DNA from: a virus | Lineage: Duplodnaviria; Caudoviricetes | Length of the DNA stretch: 31,669 nt | IMG/VR virus record: IMGVR_UViG_3300049222_000638 | Location: 1 to 31,669 of that record | Reading direction: 5' to 3' (one strand) | In this document: positions 7,951-16,706 of the stretch, one piece after another | Layout: each line of letters begins with the position of its first letter | Numbering within the stretch: the stretch's first letter is position 1 | Notes under the pieces: generated by a model | What the model was told of the DNA's origin: nothing | Seen by the model: the letters and a program-made list of their open reading frames with translations, nothing else | Databases searched by the model: none | Position numbers and translations under genes: made by a program

Positions 7951-9010
7951 AGTTGTTATCTAAGATAGGCTCTGTTATATTTTTTGTAATAAACTCCCTA
8001 TTATCTCTAAAAATAGGGATCTTGCATAGTCTATTGTAGCTCTGAGAAAAAGAATCTATAATATTCATTATGGTCTCGACCCTAGAAGACTCATACAAAT
8101 AAACCTCTTTTAAATACTGCAGCAAATATTGGATAGCCTTTTTTCTCAACTCTATCTGGTAAAAATCATTATAAAGACTTCTATCCTCCTCTATAGACAT
8201 CCTTGCTGACACATCCTTGATTAATGACCTCTCGACATCTTGATTAAGACCAAGGAATAAAACCATATTAGCTATGTCAGAATATACATGCCCTTTACAG
8301 GCATACCTCAAATCCTTAAAAAGGAATTGGTCGCCAGTGACAAAAATAGAGTTTTTAGATATGTCCCCTAATATATTACCTGTATAAACTTTAGGGAGGT
8401 TTTGTAGCTGATCTTTAATTTCAGACTTTAGGCAGTCTATGATCATTTTTGATTTGCCGAAATCTGAATTATGCTCAATAAAAGATATTTGATCCGCATC
8501 AAAACAAGAAGACATATCTGATTCTAATAAAAAATGTTTAATCAGAGTCTTATAAGTTACTCTATAATTAGTAAACTTAGAAAACCCCACATAACAATCG
8601 CAAAAATTACGGAATTCTCGTGTTAATTGCGACCTCCCATAATCAAAAAGAGGTTCAGAGTAGCTTGACTCAGTCAATAAAAATAAGAGTTTGTCACCTA
8701 TTTTTACCTCACCACTATCAATATACCTCGTTGATAATATTGATTTGGAATTTTTTACATTTTTAATCTCCCTTTTGAACTTAACACTGTCGTAATCCAA
8801 GGAGAATTTTAAATCAAAGATCCTATCTCCACTTTCCAGTTTGTAGAAATCATAATCCTCTTCTATATAAACTAAAGAAATCTTATCAATATCGATATCT
8901 TCCGAACACTGAGATAAGATCTTCTCTATAATCCGGGTCTCGACAGAATTGATCCCTTGACTAGCGGGTAAGCTATATAATCTATCCTTGAAGATGGAAC
9001 TGATTTTCAT
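7940..9010 (-). CDS. Aminoglycoside/choline kinase-like (APH fold) protein with degenerate catalytic motifs
   Basis: FDLKF, ILGDISKNSIFV (cf. HGDxxxxN) and FKDLRYACKG...DIA (cf. IDWEYA...DLA). Start placed at ATG 9010 because the track start at 9034 lies inside a hairpin. Confidence 0.55.
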   Translation of the reverse strand: MKISSIFKDRLYSLPASQGINSVETRIIEKILSQCSEDIDIDKISLVYIEEDYDFYKLESGDRIFDLKFSLDYDSVKFKREIKNVKNSKSILSTRYIDSGEVKIGDKLLFLLTESSYSEPLFDYGRSQLTREFRNFCDCYVGFSKFTNYRVTYKTLIKHFLLESDMSSCFDADQISFIEHNSDFGKSKMIIDCLKSEIKDQLQNLPKVYTGNILGDISKNSIFVTGDQFLFKDLRYACKGHVYSDIANMVLFLGLNQDVERSLIKDVSARMSIEEDRSLYNDFYQIELRKKAIQYLLQYLKEVYLYESSRVETIMNIIDSFSQSYNRLCKIPIFRDNREFITKNITEPILDNNSSS

Positions 9011-9024
9011 TATATTATTATAAA

Positions 9025-9056
9025 TAAAACCCACCCCTTTTAAAGGATGGGTTTTA
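9025..9056 (-). terminator. Intrinsic terminator for 9096..9311
   Basis: Minus strand AAAACCCATCC-tttaaaag-GGGTGGGTTTT then ATTT; the stem has one G-U pair that forms only on the minus strand. Confidence 0.75.
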
Positions 9057-9095
9057 AGTATGTAATGCAGTAAACAACAAATCGTATAAGCTTGA

Positions 9096-9311
9096 CTAGC
9101 TTACTTTACCAAAAGTCTTAGACGCAATACGGACTCCACTGACACTTGTTTTAGCCAAGCGGCGGGTGCGATTGAAATTGCGATCATAGATCACAATTGT
9201 TTGATCTGTTTCTGATTGAAGCTGAGCATTAAGAACTTCTCCCTGTTTAGTATAAAGACCGAAGAAACGACCTTTACTATTCCTAATAGCTTTAAGTAAC
9301 CTTTGATTCAT
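9096..9311 (-). CDS. Small basic beta-rich protein (possible SH3/Sm-like fold)
   Basis: 71 aa with its own promoter and terminator; helix followed by strands (GRFFGLYTKQGEVLNAQL...IVIYD). Confidence 0.7.
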   Translation of the reverse strand: MNQRLLKAIRNSKGRFFGLYTKQGEVLNAQLQSETDQTIVIYDRNFNRTRRLAKTSVSGVRIASKTFGKVS

Positions 9312-9317
9312 ATGAAT

Positions 9318-9346
9318 ACATTAAGATATAATGACTTTTTTGTCAA
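9318..9346 (-). promoter_or_regulatory. Sigma70-like promoter within the 3' end of the Clp gene
   Basis: TTGACA-17-TAATGT, 6 nt before ATG 9311. Confidence 0.6.
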
Positions 9347-11732
9347 CAACTTTTAAAGATATTTTTTCATAACCTTCATTATTGATCATAAAATCAGCTA
9401 GTGGGAATTGAATCATACGGACGACTAAAGATTTTATGTCCCTAGCATTCAACTTCTTCAGTTTTATTTCTGACACTACCAAATCCTTAACTCGTTTGTT
9501 AATTGAAAGGGTAACATTTTTTGTCTTTAACCTGAGCTTGAGTTTGGAAATCTCAGAACCAACTATGTTGGCCATAATACTGTCATTCAATCCATTAAAA
9601 ATAACTGTATTCTCAACACGAGCTAACAACTCTGGGCGAAGCTGCTTCTTTAAACTATTATTATAAGCTTCTTTCTCGTGGTTGTCATCGACAAAACCTA
9701 CAGATCTCTTGCTTGCAGAAGCATGACCTATGTTAGTAGTTAGAACTATAATACATTTGTTAAAGTTCACCCTACGGTTCAAATTATCTGAGACATAACC
9801 CTCATCTAAAAGATGTAGTAAAAGATCCAATATTTTAGGCTCACTTTTCTCAATCTCGTCAAATAGTATAACCGAGTTAGGATTATCCCTTACAAAATCA
9901 GTTAGGATACCACCTTCTTCATAGCCAACGTAACCTGCGTTCGCTCCAAGCAGCTTAGACATACCAGTTTTATCTTGATACTCACTCATATTCAACTGCA
10001 GAAAAGCGTTTGAATTACCAAAAAAATGTTTTGCAATGTTTTTAGCAGTAAAAGTCTTTCCCACGCTAGTAGGGCCAACAAACAAAAAGTTAGTGAGTGG
10101 TTTTTCTGGGTCATTTAAACCTGCTTTTACACAAGTTAAAGTATTGTAAACTTTGTCTATACATTCTTCTTGGCCGAAAATCTCCTTCTTCATCTTACTT
10201 TTAAAGACTTTGAAGGATTTTCTACTCTCACCTATAGTCTTTTTGGGAATGCCAGTCTTCTTTTCTAAAACATCTAATATATCGTCTCTAGTTACTCTAG
10301 CCACATTATCTTCTGAGTCTACAAAACTAACAAGCTCCTTGACGTAGTCTTGAACGAAAGATTCCATTTCTTTTTCGTCAAAAGTATCTCCCTCTGCCAA
10401 AGCAAATTTATCTCTTATCTCTTTAAGTTCTTCTGGGCAGTAATCATTTTTAATCTTTGCCCTAGACCCCACATGATCAACAATATCAAAAGCTTTATCC
10501 GGAAATTTTTTGTGAGACAAGTAAATTTCACTCAAATCCAAGATGTCTTGAATGTTTTTATTGCTGTACTTTACCTTATGATATTTTTCATAATGAGGTA
10601 GAGAACCTTTAATCATTACAGCTGTCTGCTCTTTAGTAGGTTCACCTATCTCAACTTTATCGAACCTGCGTTTTATAGACGGATCTTTATCAAAAGATTT
10701 TTGATACTCTTTTGATGTTGTAGCCCCAATACATTTTATTGAACCCCTAGCTAAAGCAGGTTTGAGCATGTTCGCAGCATCCAGAGAGTTATCATTAGAA
10801 CTCCCAGCCCCGATCATCGTATGTATCTCATCAAAAAATAAAATGATATCATTGCGACCTTCTACTTCCTTCAAGAGACCTTTGAACCTTTCCTCAAACT
10901 GACCTCTATACTGAGTGCCAGCAATCATCGAAGCTATATCAACAGAATAGATACTTGATATAGCAATATGAGTAGGGACATCCCCATTAACAATCTTCTG
11001 AGCTAACCCCTCTACGATAGCGGTTTTCCCTACACCCGCTTCCCCAACTAAAACTGCGTTGCTCTTATCTTTCCTAGAAAGGATCTCCACCAAGTCTTCT
11101 ATTTCATTATCCCTAGAAGTAATTGGATTTTGATCTTGTTGACAAGCTTCTAAATTTAAGTCTGTGCAATATTCAGTCAAGTATTTCACTGGCTGATCTA
11201 AATCTTCCAGAAACGACCAATCTTCCTCTTTCCTTTCTTTGTCTCTTGGGACAGCAATCACTAAGCTGGGGTCATCTACCAAATCATAGATAACCTCTTC
11301 CATATGAGCTATGTCTTGGCCGAGTTTTTTCAAATAAGATAAGAAAGATGAACTATCTCCAGCGGATAAAAGGCAATGAAGTATATGTTCAACACCCACA
11401 AAATATTCTTCGTGAGTATCCGCAAAGTCTTTCGCGTCAGATATTATCTGATTTAGCTCTTCATGCCAACTACTGCTATTTTTATTCTTTTTGAAATATT
11501 TAGGATTTTCTAAAGAAAACCCAATGAAATCTTGACGAAGTTGATTTGGAGAGCAGTCAATACCCCTGCTCTCAAAGAGCAGTTGGACCCTATCCGAAAG
11601 GTTCTCTATACAACTATAGAATAAATGAGCATTCCGTATAAGCTCATGTTTATTTTCTTTAGCAAAGAGCTGAGCATCTTTAATAGCTTTTTTTGCTTTA
11701 GGCGTTAAATTGTAATCCGTTAAAGACATCAT
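9321..11732 (-). CDS. ClpA/ClpC-family AAA+ ATPase (Hsp100)
   Basis: Clp N-domain repeats (AHLF, VGVEHIL); NBD1 GEAGVGKT, GTQYRGQFEER, FFDEIH; NBD2 GPTSVGKT, GYVGY, LFDEIEK; SVGF loop. Confidence 0.92.
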   Translation of the reverse strand: MMSLTDYNLTPKAKKAIKDAQLFAKENKHELIRNAHLFYSCIENLSDRVQLLFESRGIDCSPNQLRQDFIGFSLENPKYFKKNKNSSSWHEELNQIISDAKDFADTHEEYFVGVEHILHCLLSAGDSSSFLSYLKKLGQDIAHMEEVIYDLVDDPSLVIAVPRDKERKEEDWSFLEDLDQPVKYLTEYCTDLNLEACQQDQNPITSRDNEIEDLVEILSRKDKSNAVLVGEAGVGKTAIVEGLAQKIVNGDVPTHIAISSIYSVDIASMIAGTQYRGQFEERFKGLLKEVEGRNDIILFFDEIHTMIGAGSSNDNSLDAANMLKPALARGSIKCIGATTSKEYQKSFDKDPSIKRRFDKVEIGEPTKEQTAVMIKGSLPHYEKYHKVKYSNKNIQDILDLSEIYLSHKKFPDKAFDIVDHVGSRAKIKNDYCPEELKEIRDKFALAEGDTFDEKEMESFVQDYVKELVSFVDSEDNVARVTRDDILDVLEKKTGIPKKTIGESRKSFKVFKSKMKKEIFGQEECIDKVYNTLTCVKAGLNDPEKPLTNFLFVGPTSVGKTFTAKNIAKHFFGNSNAFLQLNMSEYQDKTGMSKLLGANAGYVGYEEGGILTDFVRDNPNSVILFDEIEKSEPKILDLLLHLLDEGYVSDNLNRRVNFNKCIIVLTTNIGHASASKRSVGFVDDNHEKEAYNNSLKKQLRPELLARVENTVIFNGLNDSIMANIVGSEISKLKLRLKTKNVTLSINKRVKDLVVSEIKLKKLNARDIKSLVVRMIQFPLADFMINNEGYEKISLKVVDKKVIIS

Positions 11733-11738
11733 AATTAT

Positions 11739-11746
11739 TTACACTT
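11739..11746 (-). promoter_or_regulatory. AAGTGTAA motif
   Basis: Overlaps the dnaE stop; 6 or 9 nt before the tandem ATGs at 11732 and 11729. Confidence 0.55.
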
Positions 11747-14282
11747 ATTTTAGCTGAGAAAGCTTCATATAAATTTTATCTTTTAAAGATTTTACGCTAT
11801 CGACGAATACTATACCATCACCTTTAACGCCATTTATTATTACAACATCCTCTTTTTTGGGCAGTTTATTACCAGCATTTAAGTAGTCTGTCAAGCGAGA
11901 TTCTCTAGCCCCATCCATCAATAAAGCATTAACAATACCCTTCTCGTCATGAAGTTCGAACCTCGCGTATTTATTACCATTTCTACTTGTCCTCTTCATC
12001 ACATCAGCCAATACCCCTACGAATTGCACAGCCCCTCTTTGCTCTGTATCCTTTACCGTCTGAGAACATTGATAGTCTTCTGGATATTTAAATATATCTC
12101 TAATGCTGTAGGAATAGCTATAACCAAGGAGCTTCGTCTCAAAATACCAATTAGCATATTTTATTGATCCTTTATTCTTCTCGCAGATCTCAATATATGG
12201 AGCGCGTTTCTTCTCCAAAGTTTTTATCCTCCGCTCCGCAAATATCTTCTTATCATCATCAGCGATTAAACCTTCAGAAATAGCTTTTTCTATAGATTCG
12301 CAAATATTGTAGTTATGCTCTTCACCTAGAGCTAGGAAATTTCTTTTTTCTCTATCTGTAAGAGAATTAAAAGTCTGAGCTTCTAAAGCCAAATCAGACC
12401 TATTTTTAGTGACGAAAGAATCTAGTAATCCAGCTTGGATAAGACTTGATAGAACACCAATATTTAAACCCGCTTGTTTAGCAGCCCTAAACACGTCATA
12501 CTTGTTTGAGAAAGCTCCTTCTCTAAACTCCAACAGATGAATCAAAACCTTCTCAGAAACCCCTTTGATCGAATTTAAACCATATCTGATATCTTTACCC
12601 TCGATCTTAAAATCTATGTCAGACTTATTCAAGTCAGGAGGTAAGAGTTTTATGTCAAAATTAGGCAATTCTTGAGAAACTTTAGATATTTCATCATGAC
12701 TATTCGGCTCAAACTTAGCGAACTTCAAGAGGCTCAAGAAGAATTCTTGAGGGTATTTGAATTTTAAGTATACAGTGATCGCAGCGAGATAAGCATAACT
12801 AATAGAGTGAGACTTATTGAATGAGTAATTAGCTGAATCTTCTGCGACTTTCCAAAGAATATCCGCAATTGAAGGGTCTAAGTTTGATTCAATAACTTTA
12901 TTAGAAATCTTCTCTTTCCACTCAGGCATTTTATCAACCTTCTTCTTGCCCACAATTCTCCTCAACTGTTCCGCCTCATCAAGAGTAAACCCGACTTTAA
13001 CAGCCATCTTCATCAACTGTTCTTGATATAGAGGTATACCACCTGTGTAACTGAGAACGTCATCAAAGAATTCAGACTGAGATTGGAACTCTCCAGTCCT
13101 AACATAGGTAGCATAATCATCTTTGAAATCTAAAGCTCCGGGTCTTGCGATAGCGACAACAGCAGAGAGTTGTTCTAGATTCCTAGGAGCTATTTGCTGG
13201 CACACCTTGAAGTTTGTATCAGCCTCGATTTGGAATAGACCTTGCGGAGACTCAAGGCAGGAAAGAGCTGCATAAATCGAAGGGTCATGAGGATTTATAC
13301 TATTAACATCAATACCTAAACCTTCACAAACATCATTGACCACAGACAGAGTCCTTAGACCAAGAATATCAAACTTAACACTCAGACTAGCTACATCATC
13401 CATGTCGTAACCTGAAATCAAAGACCCGTCATTAGTTCTTTGAAGAGGCATTATATCTGACTGGTCATAATAACAAATTGAAATACCTGATGGATGGACA
13501 CCAGTATTTTTAATCAGACCTTCAAGCTTTCGAGCTATTTTAAAAGATTTTTGATTATCATCCGCATACTTTTTGAAAGTCTCGCTCTCTTCATAAGCGA
13601 CAGCCAGCTTTGCAACTTTACCAAACTGCTTAGGAATACTATCGCTGATTTGATTGACATCAGATTCAGATAGACCCCCAACAATCTTGCCGCATTCTTT
13701 GATACACAGCTTACCACTCAGGGTATTTAGAGTAAGAATCTTCGAAGTCTTCCCTTTGTATTTGTCTTCAATATATCGAACAACTTCAGCCCGACGATTA
13801 TAAGAGATATCATTATCGACATCAGCAAGAAGAGACCCGTCCAAAAAAGTGTCTCCATTATGCTCGATTTTTCTTGCTCTGCTCCTCGACACAAATCTCT
13901 CAAAAAATAAGTCATATTCAATAGGGTCAATATTTGTTACACCTAAAAGGTACAAAACTAAAGAACCAGCTGCAGATCCTCGACCCGCGCCAGTTGGGAT
14001 TTTTTCTGTTTTACAAAAATACAAGATATCCCAATTAAGAAGAATGTAGTCAATGAATCCCAGCTCATCGAAAATATCAAGCTCCATTTTTGTTCTGTCA
14101 TAATATTCTTTTCTGTTATCAAACTTGGTTATCTCTTTATCTCTTAGACCTTTCCGACACAACTCAAATAGCACCTCTTTGTTAGAGCTGTCTAAATTTA
14201 GATCCAGACTCTTTAAGATTTCCTCGGATATACTAATTTCTGGTAGCTTTACTCCAGCCGGGAATGGGTTCTTGTATCTCAT
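11745..14282 (-). CDS. dnaE: DNA polymerase III alpha catalytic core (no PHP domain)
   Basis: GRGSAAGS, FFERF, ADVDND, GVHPSG, KFDILGL, YQEQLM, YSFNKSHS, GLNSIKGV and a C-terminal OB fold. Confidence 0.93.
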   Translation of the reverse strand: MRYKNPFPAGVKLPEISISEEILKSLDLNLDSSNKEVLFELCRKGLRDKEITKFDNRKEYYDRTKMELDIFDELGFIDYILLNWDILYFCKTEKIPTGAGRGSAAGSLVLYLLGVTNIDPIEYDLFFERFVSRSRARKIEHNGDTFLDGSLLADVDNDISYNRRAEVVRYIEDKYKGKTSKILTLNTLSGKLCIKECGKIVGGLSESDVNQISDSIPKQFGKVAKLAVAYEESETFKKYADDNQKSFKIARKLEGLIKNTGVHPSGISICYYDQSDIMPLQRTNDGSLISGYDMDDVASLSVKFDILGLRTLSVVNDVCEGLGIDVNSINPHDPSIYAALSCLESPQGLFQIEADTNFKVCQQIAPRNLEQLSAVVAIARPGALDFKDDYATYVRTGEFQSQSEFFDDVLSYTGGIPLYQEQLMKMAVKVGFTLDEAEQLRRIVGKKKVDKMPEWKEKISNKVIESNLDPSIADILWKVAEDSANYSFNKSHSISYAYLAAITVYLKFKYPQEFFLSLLKFAKFEPNSHDEISKVSQELPNFDIKLLPPDLNKSDIDFKIEGKDIRYGLNSIKGVSEKVLIHLLEFREGAFSNKYDVFRAAKQAGLNIGVLSSLIQAGLLDSFVTKNRSDLALEAQTFNSLTDREKRNFLALGEEHNYNICESIEKAISEGLIADDDKKIFAERRIKTLEKKRAPYIEICEKNKGSIKYANWYFETKLLGYSYSYSIRDIFKYPEDYQCSQTVKDTEQRGAVQFVGVLADVMKRTSRNGNKYARFELHDEKGIVNALLMDGARESRLTDYLNAGNKLPKKEDVVIINGVKGDGIVFVDSVKSLKDKIYMKLSQLK

Positions 14283-14911
14283 AATTCAATGTCGAAAATT
14301 TGCTTCTGAAAGATTTTAAAATTCATCTCAATGTCGTAGAGAGCATTGTGGAGTCTAGATTTATCGTGGTCAATATTATATTTCTTCAATAAAGCTAACT
14401 GACTGGTCTTCAACCCTCTTTGGAAAAAGTTGACCCACTTATACTGCCAGTAAATAAAGTTATCCATATCTGGTTCGTCATTCTTTTCGATAGCTCTAGC
14501 CAAACTCAAAGTGTCGATAATGCGGTCAATATACGAATGGTCAGACCCTAAGCCCAAAAGCTTTCTCCAGATGTTTATCATATAAACGTCAAACCCTAGA
14601 AGGTTCTGCCCTAAGATAATATATTCTGGATTATACAACTCTTTAGAAAAATCATCCCACACATCTTTCGGGTCTTCAGCATTCTTCTTGTAATACCTGT
14701 CATCAAAATGATTGATATTAGCTGCCCCCTCAGACATATTTAAATCAGGCCAAAATAAATATCGATCATTCTTCTCAAGAATTCTACCGCCTTGAGCTAT
14801 GACCCAAGAGACTTGGAAAGGCTTAGATTTTAATAAGTTCAATCCCTCTGTCTCTGTGTCTAAGACAAGATACTTCTGCCTCTTGTCAAAACGTAATAAT
14901 TGATCATTCAT
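14279..14911 (-). CDS. DEDDh 3'-5' exonuclease (DnaQ-like)
   Basis: ExoI LDTETEG, ExoII GQNLLGFD, ExoIII HNALYD. Confidence 0.88.
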   Translation of the reverse strand: MNDQLLRFDKRQKYLVLDTETEGLNLLKSKPFQVSWVIAQGGRILEKNDRYLFWPDLNMSEGAANINHFDDRYYKKNAEDPKDVWDDFSKELYNPEYIILGQNLLGFDVYMINIWRKLLGLGSDHSYIDRIIDTLSLARAIEKNDEPDMDNFIYWQYKWVNFFQRGLKTSQLALLKKYNIDHDKSRLHNALYDIEMNFKIFQKQIFDIEL

Positions 14912-15650
14912 AGGTTTTTAAAAAACTTTCTAAGCTGAATTCATCACTTCCAAAGTGATTGAGGTTTGGACTCTGCAAGCTAGCCTGTCTACCGAAAGAC
15001 CGTCTAGACAATATCTTATAAGTTTGCAGAGCTTCGACATCTTGATCATCTTTATACAGGATGGTCTTAACCTTGGCAATCCTATATTTGTCTTTTGCAT
15101 ATAACGCAACCTTAGACCATAGCAGATGATCGAATGGCAATTTGTTATTCTCGACCCAAAAAACAGGATTAAAATTATTTAAGTCTGGGATGCAATTCTT
15201 GTGGAAGAAATTATTCTCGTGGATGAAGCTATCGTAGAAAGGAACTACAAAGCTAAGATGATCTGCGTCCCAGAGTTCAGAAAAACTTTTATAATCTATT
15301 TTGCCTGTAGACTCAGAAAAAGCTCGTGAGTATATCTTGTTCAAGAGTTTGCAACCCTCGTCATCTTTAGCGAAGATAATGTTTTTGTGATCCGAATCCT
15401 TATCTTCAGCAGACATATCATTACAAAAAGTCAGCCTCAAACCATAAAAAAGGTTCAGCTTATTCCTCTGACAAGCTTTGAAAGCTTTCATGAAGCTGGT
15501 CAAATTATCCTCAACCAAAACGACATCATTGATGTCATTGTCCATACACATTTGAATGATTGAATCAGGGCCAACGCCATGAGATTCATCATCTAACGTT
15601 AAGATGCTTTTTCCAAATGAGTAAGTAGATCTAAAAACAGGAGTCATCAC
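14904..15650 (-). CDS. Stand-alone PHP domain of Pol III alpha with degenerate metal ligands (start GTG 15650 or ATG 15647)
   Basis: PVFRSTYSFGKSIL (cf. HxHSxYSLLDG), LVEDNLTSF, YGLRL, IIFAKDDEGCKLLNKIYS (cf. LLAKNxxGYxNLxKLxS). Confidence 0.8.
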   Translation of the reverse strand: MMTPVFRSTYSFGKSILTLDDESHGVGPDSIIQMCMDNDINDVVLVEDNLTSFMKAFKACQRNKLNLFYGLRLTFCNDMSAEDKDSDHKNIIFAKDDEGCKLLNKIYSRAFSESTGKIDYKSFSELWDADHLSFVVPFYDSFIHENNFFHKNCIPDLNNFNPVFWVENNKLPFDHLLWSKVALYAKDKYRIAKVKTILYKDDQDVEALQTYKILSRRSFGRQASLQSPNLNHFGSDEFSLESFLKTYE

Positions 15651-15656
15651 TCCTCA

Positions 15657-15684
15657 AATATACAGATCTAGAAACCTACGTCAA
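15657..15684 (-). promoter_or_regulatory. Sigma70-like promoter for the polymerase genes
   Basis: TTGACG-16-TATATT, 6 nt before GTG 15650. Confidence 0.55.
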
Positions 15685-16706
15685 GAACAATAAGCAGGGC
15701 AACCGGGATAATATTCTATCTGATAAGTGCAACCCTCTGGGACTAGGTCTTCTGAGAAATCTTCTTCGAAGCAAGAACCAACAGGCTGGCCAGCTTTATT
15801 TTTAAATAAATAATAAAAGAAATCAAACTTCATAGAACAGTGCCATTTTATGTTGCCGTCTTTCTTCAACTCCCCTTTTTGTTTTGCAAAGCCACAAAGT
15901 AAACGCCCACTGAATGAATTGTCGGAAGGGAAACTTTTCCTAGCAGCTAAATTGCTCATAGCGTCTTTTTCTGAAAAACCGTCTAGATATTTTTGAATCT
16001 CAGTGAGTTGCATCTCAAAGCCTAAAAGATCCTCATCACTCAACGGCTCCATCCTCATAACACCGCTTTTCTTGGCATCTGGATCTAGATCAAATTTAAC
16101 AAAGAGGAATTCACTCTGTTTATTTTTATACTCAGGAAATAAATGTTGGCTAGCTAAGCTATACATTAAGTCCTGCATATTATCTTCAGCATCTTTCCCT
16201 TTAAAGACTTCTTTGCTAGTTTTAAAGTCCCTAATGAGAGCAAATTTTTGCTTTTTGTAAAGAAAGAGTTTATCAATAAAACCTCTAATCCTGTAGGCGA
16301 TGTCCCCATCGTTTTTGACTATATCAAAATCCTGCTCAGAAAGCTCCTCTGTTGGGTCATCCAAATCATACCCAAAAAAATCATAGCTCAAACCATTAAA
16401 GGTCATCTCTTTAATCATTTGGATATTTTCTTCATCATCTACCCCCTCACGGCGAGCGTGTTTCATTACTAGACGCTCAACACAAGGCACAGAAAAGATA
16501 TCCTGCTTCTTCATTATTTTGTCATAATGCTTCCTATGGCGTGGATCGCCAAGCACCTCGAAGATCAAATGGCATATAGAACCTCTCCTAGCTCCATCAT
16601 TACTAGTGTCTGGCAGTTTCAATTTGTATTTACACCAATACAACCAAGAACAGCTCTGGGCTGTTTTTATTCTACTAGCAGAAAGAGCTGTTTGCGGTTC
16701 ACTCAT
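15681..16706 (-). CDS. PD-(D/E)XK nuclease, AddB/RecB/Cas4-like
   Basis: LSASRI...CSWLYW, RGSICH, RGFIDKL, IRDFKTS, QDLMY; several C-terminal Cys. Confidence 0.85.
   Translation of the reverse strand: MSEPQTALSASRIKTAQSCSWLYWCKYKLKLPDTSNDGARRGSICHLIFEVLGDPRHRKHYDKIMKKQDIFSVPCVERLVMKHARREGVDDEENIQMIKEMTFNGLSYDFFGYDLDDPTEELSEQDFDIVKNDGDIAYRIRGFIDKLFLYKKQKFALIRDFKTSKEVFKGKDAEDNMQDLMYSLASQHLFPEYKNKQSEFLFVKFDLDPDAKKSGVMRMEPLSDEDLLGFEMQLTEIQKYLDGFSEKDAMSNLAARKSFPSDNSFSGRLLCGFAKQKGELKKDGNIKWHCSMKFDFFYYLFKNKAGQPVGSCFEEDFSEDLVPEGCTYQIEYYPGCPAYCS

Noticed and set aside
15681-16706. Cas4 as evidence of a CRISPR-Cas system
   Set aside because: No cas1, cas2 or array; the replication context fits a recombination exonuclease.
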